A stretch of DNA of 64,000 nucleotides from Mobula hypostoma. Its lineage: Eukaryota. The stretch spans positions 78,122,001-78,186,000 of the forward strand of contig NC_086108.1 in assembly GCF_963921235.1 (NCBI RefSeq), in the 5' to 3' direction. Position numbers and translations under genes: made by a program. Positions 1-13,143 of this stretch are shown piece after piece. Below the pieces are notes generated by a model. The model made no database searches. It saw only the letters and a program-made list of their open reading frames with translations, and was not told the DNA's origin. How positions within the stretch are numbered: the stretch's first letter is position 1; every line of letters begins with the position of its first letter.

Positions 1-1120
1 TGTTAACATTTCATTCCTGGGATCATTCTTGTGAACCTGTTCTGGACCCTCTCCAATGCCAGCATATCCTTTCTTAGATAAGGAGCTCTGAACTGCTCAC
101 AATGCTCTAAGTATGGATTGATCAATGCCTTATAAAGCCTCAGCATTACATCTTTGCTTTAATATTCCAACCCCCTCAAAATGAATGATAACATTGTGTT
201 TGCCTCCTTACATCTACTCAACCTGCAAGTTAACCTTTAGGAAATCCTGCACAGGGACTCCTAAGTCCCTTTGCACCTCTGATTTCTGAATTTTTCATCC
301 CCATTTAGAAAATAGTCTATGCCTTTATTCCTTCTTCCAAAGTGTTTAACTGTACACTTTCCTACACTATAATCCATGTACCACTTCTTTGCCCATTTTC
401 CAAATCTGTCCAAGTCCTTTTGCAGACTCCCTATTTCCTCAACGCCACCTGCCTCTCCACATGTCTTATTATCATCCACAAACATGGCCACAAAACCATC
501 AATTCCATCATCCAAATCATTGACATATAACATGAAAAGAAGTAGACCCAGTACTGACCCCAGTGGAACACCACTCATCACCAGCAGCCTACCAGAAAAG
601 GTCCCCTTTATTCTCACTCTTTGCCTCCTGCCAGTCAGCTGATCTTCTAAAGCTAGTATCATTCTTGAAATACCATGGGCTCTTATCTTTCTAGCAGCTT
701 CATATGCTGCATCTTGTCAAAGTCCTTCTGAAAATTCAAATAAGCAACATCCTTTATCTAGCCTGCCTGTAACTTCATCAAAAAATTCCATCAGATTTGT
801 CAGACAAGGTTTCTTCTTGCAGAAACCATGCTGACTTCAGCCTATTTTATCAGATGCCTCCAAGTACCCTGAAACCATATCCTTAATAATCAATTCCAAC
901 GTCTTCCCAACCACTGAAGTCAGGCTAACTGGCCTATAATTTCTTTTCTTTTGCCTCCCTCCCTTCTTAAAGCATGGAGAGACATTTGCAGTTTTCTAAT
1001 CCTCTGTACAATTCCAGAATCTAGTGAATTTTGAAGGTTCACTACTAATGTCTCCACAATTTCTTCATTACATCTTTCAGAACCCTGAAGTGTAGTCCAT
1101 CTGGTCCAGGTCACTTAACT
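1..1120 (-). mobile_element. CR1 LINE ORF2 (RT) fragment, degraded, runs off the window start
   Basis: ORF 261..662 gives GVPLGSVLGLLLFMLYVNDLD...FVDD...LQKDLD...KC.VKHFGRRN, i.e. CR1 RT motifs; broken by frameshifts. Confidence 0.9.
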
Positions 1121-1175
1121 ATGTAAAGAACTTTGAGCCAGGAACTTAGTGCATGAAAAATGCTCTATGAATAAG

Positions 1176-2070
1176 TTATTATTAATATTTATTTTTTCTC
1201 GGGTCAAGCTGGTAAAACCTGAGGTACGGCATTGCCAAGCACACTCATTTCTTAATTGCTAGAACTTTCGGACTATTCAAGTAGTGTTCAGTATTGTAAC
1301 TTTCTGGAGATTTACATACATATTGCTGTGTAGGCCTAATTGATTTATGCTATTGTGTAGTGTCTTTGGGAAGATACCAATAGTAGATGCTGCTGTTGGG
1401 ACAATGTATAACCTATTCATGTTCCATAACTTTCAGTTCCCTCTTTTAATTTGGCATATTTGTGTTGTTTTTCGCTTTTTTAATTTCTGTATGTTATGTG
1501 TGTTTGGAGTGGCTATATCTATTGAGTAAATAGTTCTTGCTTATTTATCCTGTAATATTATATCTAAATGATTATTATGGAGTGTCCTATTTGTAATAAT
1601 GGATCAGTCGTAATATAATTTATAGCACTCTGACTCTAAAACAGGATCAGGGTTATACTTATAGTAAGGTATGATGCCTTTAGGAGTTTGTATTTAAAAG
1701 TCTGAATCTGGTGAATGATATTTGCCGCTTGATTGTGTCTGTGTAAGTAATCAGATTGAGTTAAACTGCTGCAGGATCCTGTAATGCAGATGTACCCAAC
1801 CCGGGGTACATGGATCCCTTGCTTAATAGTATTGGCCATTGGCATTAAAAAAGTTGAGAACCCCTGCAGTAACGTGTTGGATTTTTTCAGGTTTCTCTTG
1901 GCATTTTCTACATTTATTGACTTGAATTTGTTGGTCTTTTATTATTTATTTTTTGTGTTAACCACCTGGTCTTGTCGTGCCACAAGGAAACCCTCTGTTT
2001 CTGGGAAGAGGTCTCCAACTCTGAGCGAGGTGTTCAATGCTTCCTTGTCAGCATCAAGCCTTATTATTTT
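1176..2070 (-). mobile_element. R4/Dong-type non-LTR retrotransposon 3' fragment (Zn knuckle + restriction-like endonuclease), degraded
   Basis: Manual minus-strand translation: LFPETEGFLVARQDQV, KCRKCQEKPE, ITGSCSSLTQSDYLHRHNQAANIIHQ, KYNPDPVLES, LDIIL, IDIATP, KYAKL, NLQKVTILNT; ends in an (AAT)n-like tail near 1176-1193. Confidence 0.8.
1787..1866. mobile_element. 80-bp hAT/Charlie-like MITE inserted in the R4/Dong element
   Basis: Imperfect TIRs cagatgtacccaac / gttgagaacccctg; imperfect 8-bp TSD ctgtaatg (1779-1786) / cagtaacg (1867-1874); related copy at 30132-30209. Confidence 0.7.
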
Positions 2071-2562
2071 TGAGTAGGAGTTTCATAGGATACACAGGCA
2101 ACTATCAACAGGGCATGAAGAGCTATAAGATATCAACCCCTGCTTCTTCAGGTTATACAGATGAAAGAGATCTTCAGAGGACATTGCTATATGAATAAGA
2201 AGGAATTATGAATGCTTATCACAACAAAAATGATTAGTTAACAGTCTGAAGTAAAATTAAAGATTACTCAATCTCCGAACAATATGGTTTGATTGGAACA
2301 CCTGGCTGTAAACAGAACCTATTTCACCTACTGGGAATTGTCTATTGATAAGATAGCTCTTAATAGTGACACATGAATAATTAAAACTTCACCATGATCC
2401 TCTTAAAATAAGTGTCATGTTGCACATGTTGGAAGGAGGATGGGAAAACTGTTGTCTTTAACTGCACTGAATACCTTGAAGTCATTCCAAGAGTGGGATT
2501 TTGCCTTGGGAAACTGAGAGATTGCATCAGTTCAACTCATGGTGGATTTTGACAATATAGGG

Positions 2563-3150
2563 AATCCGAATCAGAATCAGGTTTAATATCACTAATATAT
2601 GTCATTAAATCTGTTGTTTTGTGGCAGCAGTACAGTGCAATACATGAAAAACTATAAATCGCTATTAAAAATACAGGAAAAGAAGTTAAATTAAGTAAAT
2701 AGTGCAAATAGAGAGCAATAATAGTGAGATACTGATCATGCATTGATTCATTGTCCATTCAGAAATCTAATGGTGGAGGGGAAGAAGCTGTTCCAATAAC
2801 ATTGAGTGTCTTCAGATACCTGTACTTCCTCCCTGATGGTAGCAATGAGAAGAGGGCATGTCTGGGTGATGGGTGTACTTAATGATGGATGCCACTTTTT
2901 TGAGGCATTGTCTTTTGAAGATGTCATCAATGTTGGGGAGGCAAACTCGGCCAACTCCATGATGGAGGTGGCAGAGACTGAAACCTTCTACAGCTTTTCC
3001 AAACTTGTACTGTATCCTTCTCCATAGCATATGGTGATGCAACCAGTTAGAATGCTCTCCACCTCTATAGAAATTAGAGATGTGATAGAGTCTTTGATGA
3101 CATGCCAAATCTCCTCAAACTCCTAATGAAATATAGCCATTGGTTTTATA
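2563..3150 (-). mobile_element. Rex1/Babar-type LINE 3' fragment
   Basis: Broken-frame motifs SNFYR, SIIKYTHHP, NSFFPSTIRFLN; (TCTGAT)n tail seen on + as gaatcagaatcagg. Confidence 0.75.
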
Positions 3151-4204
3151 TTCAATGCCTCTAGAGAAACATTTTTTTATTATTATTAGGTAACAATGAA
3201 CAGAAACATTCTAGTTAAGGACCTGAGGCTGGATGCAGACCAATGTGAGGTGAAATCTGCTTGCACACCAGATCAGCAATAGCTGGAAACAGAGATTTGA
3301 AAAAGTGAGGAAACAATACTGAATCTACTGTTGTATTCAACAGTGGAAAGTTACCTTGGGCAGAAACTAATTATAGAAAAAGGTCTGTGAATATTGTGGC
3401 CCTACTGTATCTAGAGTAACAGCTCATGCAACAACTAAGCTTCTAGAATTACACCAACATCGTTAGCTCAATTAAAATTGTTATATAATTATGGAATGCT
3501 TAGAACGGAATTAAATGCGCCACAACCTCATTAAGTAGCAACATAGATTAAATCAATTAATTTCTTGGACAGCTGTTGATTTTTACTCCTCATGTATATG
3601 AAGGATGTAAGAAATAAAGTGAATTCAATTCAAACTGATTTCAGGAACACCGTGGCATCAGTTTTTGTCATCGTTGCAGCTGCTGACAACATGGGGAGAA
3701 GAGGGTGGTGGGAGGATGAAGTGAAGTGGGAGAAGTAGGGAGGGATCAGTGGAAGGTTGGGGTAAATAATAGTAGAGGCATGAGGTGATTGTTAGGGAGA
3801 CAGAACTTCTGGCACAAAATCTTACACTTTCCTATATCCCAAAATATTACTCGAGGTATAACCAGAAAGAAAGGTACGGCAAAATAGGAGGATATTGGAA
3901 GAACGCTCAAAAGATTGTTTAATAAGATCAGAGGTGGATGGAGTGGAGAAACAAATAAAAGTAATCCCCACAAATAAAGAAACATATATCAGCCAGTTTT
4001 TTTTTGTCATGAACCCAGCTGCTTGCCATAGCATGTCGGGCTTCAGTGGTCTTTGAACACCTGTGTTAGCTAATCAGTGTCTTGATTGTAGTTGTTAAAC
4101 TCTTGTGTTGTCAGTTTGGTTCTGCTAATTTAATTGTGACTGCCACCTGTGTCTGGGAATCTGTGATTATTTAAAGAGGACTCTCAGTTAGTGCTTGACA
4201 TTAG

Positions 4205-5200
4205 CATTTGGGGTGGCTATTACCAGCAAAAGGAATTGGAATCAGCAGAAGAACATCTAATAAGTTAGGGGTGTATACGGTGGAGATGCTGGCAGTGTTG
4301 GTTGCATTATAAAGGGTGGAGAAAGCTAGACAAGTCAAAGTGTTGATATGCTCAGATTCATCCTCAGTTCTAACGAGTTTAAGGTCTTTTCATTCACACA
4401 GTTGGCAAGATGTACTTTATGAAGTCCTTCAGTCAGTCACAAGAATTGCAAATCAGGGAGGTCAGGTAAAATTTCCATGGGTTCTAGCACATGTAGGGAT
4501 GAAGGGGAATGAGAGGGTGGATGAGTTGGCAAAGAGGGTGTTAAAGAAAGAAAATATAGAAATGCACAGTAGTATCAGTAAAGCAGAGGTTAAGTGTGTA
4601 ATCTGGGGGAAAAAAAATCAACTAAAAGTGGTAAGAAAGATGGGACAGGTAGGGGAAAGGGAGGCATTTATATCAAATACAAAAGAGTGTTGCAGGTAGT
4701 AGGGTAGGTTGTGGATATAGAAGAGAGTAAACTCTGTGGACTAGGTTAAGGCTGGGGCATTGTGCATTAAATAAAACATTGAAAATGATAGGGAAACACC
4801 AGACAGGATTGTATGAGGAATGTCAGGAAGAGGAGTCAGTAGAACATGTAGTTCTGAGTTGCAGGAAGTATAGGATACAGAGAGAGATGATGAGAATTAA
4901 TCTAAGGGAATTGGGGGTGCAGGAACTCACATTAAAAGGGTTGCTGGGCATGGGCGAGAGAGCATAGGTCAGGGTATTTTTAGCTTTCTTAAGGGATGCA
5001 AAGATTTTTTTATAGGATATAATGGATAAGCAGGAATAGGGTACTAAGATGGCCAAAGATGGGAGGGTAAAGTGTAGGTTAGTGTGTGTGTGATTGGGTG
5101 AAGGGATTTAGAATGTAAGTCTATTGCACACTCTGGAGCAGAAGGTAGTGGTAATGCACCATTAAGCTGGGTGCCAACTGCTGTAAAACAAGATGGAGAA
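4205..5200 (+). mobile_element. I-superfamily (Nimb-like) LINE 3' fragment with RNase H and CCHC knuckle
   Basis: ORF 4316..4699 ICSDSSSVL...WVLAHVGMKGNERVDELAK (RNase H); downstream TRLRLGH and EECQEEESVEHVVLSC (ORF 4779..4967). Confidence 0.8.
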
Positions 5201-6462
5201 GAAGAGAGAAGGTGCCTGAGGTTGGTCATTATGTTGAAGAGAATGAATTCTTGTGGTGTCATTTCTCCAGGGCTCTGGTAGTATTCTTACTGTGGTTGGA
5301 GATGGAGTTTACCTCATGGTGTTGCTTAGTCACGCTTCTGAGGCTGATTCTGATGTTTATCTTCTTGTTTTTGCCTTTTCCTGGAGGTCCTGCCATTCCA
5401 CCGCACTGGGGTCTGATCCTTCAGGAGCACTTAATAACAGTCTTATTCTTTAATTGTTCTGCTAAACTTTGAGAATACATTTCAAATAAAAGTGCAGATA
5501 AGTTTGTGAAGCAGATAAAAATATGACACCCAAATTATCAAGTGTCAGTGTTTAAAATTGAAGATTTTCTTGGATTGTATATTTGTACTTTGTAAAATCC
5601 TGCTTATCTATTACTGCATTAGGTGTTGTAGATCTGGTAACATTATGTAACAAGCATTTGTCATGCATGCAGATTATTTGGGATAGTGCACTCAGATCAC
5701 ATTGAATGCTAAGATCTCTGTTTATATGATCTCTGCAGTCTTTTTTGCATAATGCACGCAAGTTCCATTCATGCTTTGCATAGATTATTTTGCTATAATG
5801 ATGGTTCTTGGTGGTACATCATTGTAAGGTTGCATTGGTGAAGTTGTGATTAAACCAAAAGTCGTGTTACAGTGGCTTGTAGCTTTCTCTGAGAATTCAT
5901 CTTCAATTATATAGTATGGTATTATAAACCTGTTCTTTGCTTTGTCAGTTCCTGCTCTTGTTTTTATCTAACCTGCTGTGCATCTTATTTCGTAACACTA
6001 ACACCTTTGTTTGCCACATGTACACATCCTCATTTGTTTATTCAGTTACTTATTGCTTCTGCTACTACTTTTTTAAGGTAATTTACACTTCTTTCCTAGC
6101 TCTCTAGTCCTCTAGGACTGAATACCATCATAATGGGGTCATTATACAGTCCACTGAAAAGAAAATTATATTGGGTCAACTGTATTGACCCAACTGTAAA
6201 TTGGAGATACCATTTTGCTTCACACCAAAAGTTATTGTCCTTGGGCTGTAAGTTCCCAGTCATCAGAATGTTTTTGGTCTTTACTATCTTGTAAAATCTT
6301 CTATGTTCATCTATTTTCCTATTCTCTTGACATAAAATCTCCTAAGATGTAGACATGTTCTTCGTTTTCAAACTTGAATGAATTCCATTTTTTTTTGCTA
6401 CTATTTACACAAGTAAATTTCTCCTAATTTTGTACATATGACTAAATGGCATCTGATTTTTA

Positions 6463-6645
6463 TGCTGGAGGAGCTCAGCCAATCAGGCGGCACCCATGGA
6501 GGGAAATAAACGGTTGACACTTCAGACCAAAGTGTCTTGGCCCAAAATGTTGATTGTTTCTTGCCCTCCTGATTTGCTGAGTTACTCCAACATTTTGTGT
6601 ATGTTGCTCAAGATGTCCAGCCTTTGCAGAATTTCTTGCATCTCA
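6463..6645. mobile_element. Degraded Penelope-derived fold-back mini-element
   Basis: Imperfect inverted repeat tgctggaggagctcagc ... gctgagttactccaaca; same terminal motif as other Penelope copies here. Confidence 0.6.
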
Positions 6646-6902
6646 TTTTCATGTCCTCTTGCTTTAGATTCGCTCTGTATTCTGTGATATAATGTTGTCA
6701 TATCAAACCCATCACAATTCTTAAAGACCAGCCAGTTCTCCGTTAATTTCCCCAGACTGCTCGATCTATCCTGGTTGTTGCTTCTTCCAATTTTGTTAGC
6801 ATCTTCATAATTCTTTTGTGCATTTCATATAGAGGTAATATTACTTGTAGCACAGAAATCAGAATTCCATGTGATAATACCAAATTCAGTCAAAATAAAT
6901 CA

Positions 6903-7380
6903 TGTACAAGATGAGAGGCATAGATCGAGGCCAGAGACTTTTCTCAGGGCAGAAATGGCTAATACAAGGGGGCATAATTTTAAGGTGGAAAGTATTGGGG
7001 GAGGGATGGGTTGTCAGAGTATCTAAGTTTTTTTTTTACGGAGAGTGGTGGGTGCATTGAGCACCCTGCCAGGGGTGTTGGTGTATAAGATGATGAGAGG
7101 CATTGATCGTGTGGATAGTCAGAGGCTTTTTCCCAGGGCTGAAATGGCTAGCACAAGAGGGCACAGTTTTAAGGTGCTTGGAAATAGGTACAGAGGAGAT
7201 GTCAGGGGTAAGGTTTTTTTTATGCAGAGTGGTGAGAGCTTGGAATGGGCTGCCGGCAACAGTAGTGGAGGCGGATACAATGGGGTCTTTTAAGAGACTC
7301 CTGGACAGGTACATGGAGCTCAGAAAAATGGAGGGCTATTGGAAACTCTAGGTAATTTCTAAGGTAAGGATATGTTCAGC
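6903..7380 (+). mobile_element. Two adjacent CR1 3'-end fragments
   Basis: VYKMMRGIDRVDSQRLFPRAEM..TRGH (ORF 7045..7293); the second copy is very similar to 13144-13526. Confidence 0.85.
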
Positions 7381-8995
7381 TGGAATGTAAGGCAGAAGTT
7401 CCAGTTCCCCTATTTTTTTTTTCAGTGCTGGGATGAACTTGCCCTTGAGGGAGGTTGCTTTATGTGGGGATTGAGAGTTCTTGTACCATCCAAGCTGAGA
7501 GTTAAAGTATTGGAGGAGATGCAAGCCGGTCATCTAGGAGTGATCAAATGAAAGCATTGGCCTGAAGTGTTGTCTGGTGGCCTGGGACAGATCAGCAGAT
7601 TGAGCAGTTTGCCAAGCAGTGTTTGGGACAGCAGTATGTCTGGAAGATGCCAAGAGCAGTGCCTCCCCGTCCCTGGAAATGGCCTTCATTGCCCTGGCAC
7701 AGGATCCATGTGGATTTTGCCAGATCATTCATGGGCACAAATGTCTTGGTAAGTAGATGCAGCTACAAAGTGGCCAGAAGTGTTCACAATAACCTCCACA
7801 ACAGCTTTGCACGCTGTTAATGTGTTGAGAAGTTTCTTTGCAAGGACTGGTGTTCCAGAACACCAAGTCAATGATAATGGACTATAGTTTGTTGTGGAAC
7901 AGGTTCGGTCACTCCTGAAAATGAAAGGAATAAGACATATTACATTTGCACTGTGTCACCCAGCTACAGATGGCTTGATGGAAAGTTTTGCACAGGGTCT
8001 AAAGAACACAATTATCAGTGGAACACACTGCACTGAATCAGGAGCTTGCCTTTTTCCTCTTTGCATATCACAATGCAGCACACTCCACAACCAACAGCTC
8101 ACCAGCTATGCTGTTCCTGAGTCTTCACTTGTACTGGGATATCCTCACTTCCAATCTCAGAAGGAGTTTGCAGGACAAATAGCTGAGGCAAGTTGAGGTC
8201 TCCTCAAACAAGCAGGCTCAGTGTTTCACTCCTGGATGTGCTGTCCTGTCAAGGGATGAAAGAGATGCTCAAAAGTGGGTATTTGTAAAGATCAAGGACA
8301 GAACTAGACCACTTTCCTACACAGTGGAGATGGCGTCTGATGTCATCTAGAGATGGCATGTTGATCAGTTGGAAAAGAGCAGAGTGAATTGTTAGAGGAG
8401 AAAAGTATCCAGAGCTATCAGAACCACTTCTTGCAGTTCCAGAGTCAAATACTACAACCACCACTGAGGAAGTTCCACAACCTGAGATTGTTTCACAGCC
8501 TCGAGTCTCACCTGCCAAGCAGTGTAAACACCCTGTCTCGCTCCCCCCGTTATGAAAGATTTACCCCACAAGAGTAAGGAATCCTCCACAGAGATTAAAT
8601 CTTTATGCCTGAATGAGACAATTTAAAATTTGCTATGCTGTGGCTGTATATATAGTAGTTGTATTATGTATGTATTCTGTATATAAAATGACCAGAGAGC
8701 AATACATTACGCATTTGAGTTGAGATGCCTTCAGTATGGAATTTATAGCTAAGCATGGAAGAGTATAGTGTATTTAATATTTTAGTAATATTTGAGTTAT
8801 TGTTTCATTACACATTCTGTTTCTATAATTCATTATTGATTATATGTAAAAGTATGTGAATGGCATATGTCCTTAAGCCACCATGTCATATGTGAGTGCC
8901 TCACTTTTTTAAAAAAAAAGAAAAACTAAACAGACAAAGCATATCCTGGCTTCTGTTTTTCTTTCAATTAGTTTTGGGAGCTGTAATACTTAACA
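7381..8995 (+). mobile_element. Gypsy/Ty3 LTR retrotransposon remnant: integrase and probable 3' LTR (~8764-8995)
   Basis: PWKWPSLPWHRIHVDFA, VDAATKWPEV, NDNG, GIRHITFALCHPATDGLME integrase motifs; purine-rich tract at ~8751-8763 before an AT-rich LTR-like segment ending in aaca. Confidence 0.8.
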
Positions 8996-11184
8996 GTGAG
9001 AGAGCCAGTAACAACAGGCAGAGAATCATGGCTTGGGGTCCTGCTCCAGAACCTCAGAGAACTAAATAAATTGGAACATTGTGGTTTGGGCAGTCAGGGG
9101 CCCGGAAACAGAGGAATTGGAAGGCAAGGAATTTTGTGTTTCAGAAATATTGAGGGATCATTGTGTTGGGGATTCAGGAGTACCAGGGGATCAGGGCTTA
9201 GTACCATTGGTTCAGGAACATCAGAGGATTAATGGAAGAGAATGTCAACAGATTAGTTGCCTAAAAATACGAGGAAGTAAATTTCTTCTCAAGAAATACT
9301 AATTTTATTCCCATTTCCCTCACACTGGTCTCACTGCTGTTCTGTTAAAGTTTATCATGAGCCCCCTTTATTTTGGCAATTAGTTTTTAAACAGCTCATT
9401 CCACTGTTATTTTTCATAAATATATTTTTCCAGGCTTGGGTTAGAAATACAGCAGGAAAATATACAGGAACCCTGGAATGTTCATCACATTTCATTCCAG
9501 GAAATCTCAAATTTGATGCTAAAATATGTAATCTAAGCCCACAGTTTCTTATTTAACTGGGATGGAGTACTCCATATTTCTCCCACCAAAAGTAACCACA
9601 GCCCACTTTGCTGTATTGAATTTCATTTGCAATATACATATACTTTACAAGTCTATTTAGGTTCAATGATATCTTTTTTTTGAGTCCAAACCAGTTACAT
9701 AAAAGGTGCACAACTTTGATCCCAGTATAGATTCTAGTAGATCACTTCTAACATTATGCCAGTCCAAGTTACTTCACCTAACATTTGCAGTCAATTTTCT
9801 GGTTCGTAGCCATCTTTTCAATTTGTTCTGACACTCGATAACGTGGTCTAGAAATTTAATTGCATATGACTCCCTTCATCTTTGTGCTACTAAAAATTGA
9901 TCTATTTTAAGAGTTGGACAGGATTTACTTATGTAGTGTAATACAGAGGAGACTGTTCAGCCCTTTGGGTTCTGTTGACCCCCAATACAGCAATTCCATT
10001 AGCCCCTTTTGCCCTTTTCATATTTCCCTATGGGCCTGTAACTGAATCTTTCTCACACACACATTGACTCACTTATGTTTTTTTTTGCTGATTAGGGATA
10101 ACTTGCAACATTTTAACATACCGTATTTTTAGAGCATGAAAGCAGAGATCCTGGCAGAAACCATACAGTAATTAGAAGATCGACACAGTCAGTGCCAGCC
10201 ACCATTACTGGGTCATTTTATTTTCTCTGGAAATCCTACTCTGCACACATGAGTCATTCTTGTTCCCTGATGCAATTTCTGCAAAGAGTAGTTATAGAGC
10301 AACCTTGCCATGGGTTGTTCTGGAAAAATCTGTAATTGGGAATGCCCAGGATGAGATGGCTATAATATAATTTACCTTCATTCTTGAATTACACTGACTC
10401 GCCCACTAAATACTGACCTCCTGTCCACACCCTGCTTCCCTGGCTCCATGTTGACCTAAGTCCCTGGATTGACCCATTGGTCATAGAAAGCCCACCATGC
10501 TCTGCTCTGACCTGACTCCATGATTGCCCAGTCAGACCTGGTCAATTAGCTATTCAGAACCAGCCATCCAAATTGAGCACTGGATGGCATATTTTCAATG
10601 CCAAAAGTATGTGATGATTTAACTGAAATTTGCTGCAGGAAACCAATGCCAAATGGCTATTGGTGCCAAATTGCTACTTCCTCTTTTGGGCCAGAATCTC
10701 CAGACATATGGTCTTTGATCTTTGTCATGAATCAGTTGAGACACCTAATCAAAGGCCTTTCTATCTCCTTGCAAGAGCATGCTAGCCTTTTTTTGGACTC
10801 TCTATTACTTGTTCAAAGTATTGATGTATATGCTTTCTGTATCTGGAAGAATGAATTAATCTTGTAAGAGCTAAAAATACAATGTATAGCACATTTTGTG
10901 AATTTTAGTAAAGATTCTAGTACCTTTCCAACTCTGATATCTAGAAATTGGATCCATTTGCACTTGTATCCATGTATGAATGATGTTCTAAACTCTTCAC
11001 ACCTGTCTTGAAGTATGTATGTCTGTTTCCTAGTGGTTCCTCTTACCAAGTAACTGGACTGGGTGGTACTTGTCATGATTCCTCCAACCATTTTACACTG
11101 TTCCTTTTTCCATTGAATTTTTACATATTACTTTCTATCGTTTCTTCAATTCTGCAACCATCAACTACTTCCTAATCTTACCCA

Positions 11185-11440
11185 ATCAGAACCAGGTTTA
11201 ATATCGCCAGCATATGTTGTGAAATTTGATAAATTTGCAGCAGTGGTACGATGCAATACATGACAATATAGGGTAAAACTATGAATTACAGTAAGTGTGT
11301 ATACAGAAATAAAAATGTAGTGAGGTAGCATTCATGATTTCAAAGTCCATCAGAAATCGGATGGCACAGGGGAAGAAGCTGATCCTGACGGTAACAATGA
11401 GTAGAGAGCATGCCCTGTGTGGAGGGGTTCCTTAATGACA
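11185..11440 (-). mobile_element. Rex1/Babar LINE 3' end
   Basis: aatcagaaccaggtttaatatc tail and 3' UTR homologous to the copies at 2563 and 46940. Confidence 0.7.
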
Positions 11441-11495
11441 ATCCTTCTTTCTACTTTTTCTAACAATTTAATATTTACGACATTACTTTGCTACG

Positions 11496-11715
11496 GAGAT
11501 GTCAGGGGTAATTTTTTTTTACACAGAGGGTGAGTGCGTGGAATGGGGTGGAGGTGGAAACGATATGGTCTTTTAAGAGACTCCTGGATGGCTACATGGA
11601 GCTTGGAAAAATAGAGGGCTATGGGTGAAGCCTAGGTAGTTCTAAGATAGGGACGTGGTTGGCACAGCTTTGTGGGCCAAAGGGCCTGTATTGTGCTGTA
11701 TGTTTTCTATGTTCT
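11496..11715 (+). mobile_element. CR1 3' end
   Basis: Homologous to 13290-13526; ends ttttctatgttcta. Confidence 0.8.
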
Positions 11716-12098
11716 AGTTGCTTCCTTTCCATCCCAGTCAGATTTTTCAATTAGAAAACATTCTATCTACTTCCCTACTACTTAAGCACTTTCTAACTTC
11801 CTCTCGGTCAACCCTTAGTGCGCTGTCCTTCCACTATCACAATGTGCAATTATCCCTCATTGTTTATTTTAATTTATATGTAGTCTGATATTAACTTTTC
11901 TTGCTACAGCCATTATTTGTTTTATCCACACTTCATTTCTAAATACATTAAAACTGCAGTGTTCGGCTATTGCTCTGTGCCAGCACAACTTACCCCAGTT
12001 ACTTTTGCTGTCATTTTTTAGTAATGTAATATTGAAAAAGAGATGAACAGTAGAAGTGAATGGGGAAGGAAGGGGCTTCAGAGCCCTGTGTTAATAGG

Positions 12099-12485
12099 GA
12101 ACACTCACAACACGCTGGAGGAACTCAGCAGGTCGGGCAGCATCCATGGAAACGATCAACGTTTCGGGCCAGAACCCTTCATCAGGACTGTAGAGGGAAA
12201 GGGCAGAGGCTCTATAAAGAAGGTGGGGGGAGGATGGGAAGGAGAAGGCTGGTAGGTACCAGGTGGAAAAACCAGTAAGGGGAAAGATAAAAGGGTGGGG
12301 GAAGGGAAGCAGGGAGGGGATAGGTAGGATTGGTGAAGGAATAGGGGAAAGCACAATGGGTAGTAGGAGGAGGTGGAACCATGAGGGAGGTGATAGGCAG
12401 CTGGGGGAGGGAGCGGAGTGAAACTGGGATGGGGGACGGGAGGGGGAGGGAATTACCGGAAGTTGGAGAATTCAATGTTCAATAC
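12099..12485 (-). mobile_element. Penelope-like element 3' fragment with hammerhead motif and 15-bp TSD
   Basis: End of GIY-YIG ORF (NIEFSNFR) near 12455-12480; minus-strand CTGATGA-AGGGTTCTGGCCC-GAAAC-GTT at ~12158-12185; TSD ccctgtgttaatagg (12084-12098) / ccctgtgttactagg (12486-12500). Confidence 0.85.
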
Positions 12486-13143
12486 CCCTGTGTTACTAGG
12501 TAGTGATGGGTGTGGCCATTCAGTGCCTTGAATTTCAGCAACAGTACTGAATTTGCACAATACTAATTCTGCTGATTGGGTAATTGGATTTTAATTACTG
12601 TCTAATTATAGTGTAAATAAGGTTTAACAAAATAAATAGCTAGGAACTGGAGACCTAGCAGTGGTTGCTAGGCAATCATCTCTGCAAGGATGTTAAAAAA
12701 CATACTGTGTGAGCAAAGTCTATTATTGATATCTAAACCTTGAAATAAGATTATGGTGTAAATTAATTTTGGTCACCATTACATTTTGTTAGTAAACTCC
12801 TGCTTTGTTATTGGACTGCAAGTTGCATGTGTGACTGGAGCACATGTCCAGAGTCGGAAAACAGTCTATTTGGAGGTTAGCAGTGAGGTAAGAATGGGCG
12901 CAGTCCATGCCAGCATAGTGCCTAATGTTGGGTGCTGGGTGTAGGTTGATTGACAAGATGAACTTTACCTTGAGTAGTGTATGCAAATAAATGGAAGATA
13001 AATGAAAATATCTTGTTGATTTCACTTCCACATTTTAATCACATTCCTATTTATCAGACTAATTATTGAAGCCCATTAATGTTTGGGTTATTTTTAATGC
13101 TTTTATAAATAAATATTTCCCAAAGGAAAGTACAAAAAAAAAG

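Noticed and set aside
9434..9555. Possible exon after tttttccag (AWVRNTAGKY...)
   Set aside because: No recognisable protein and no convincing donor site
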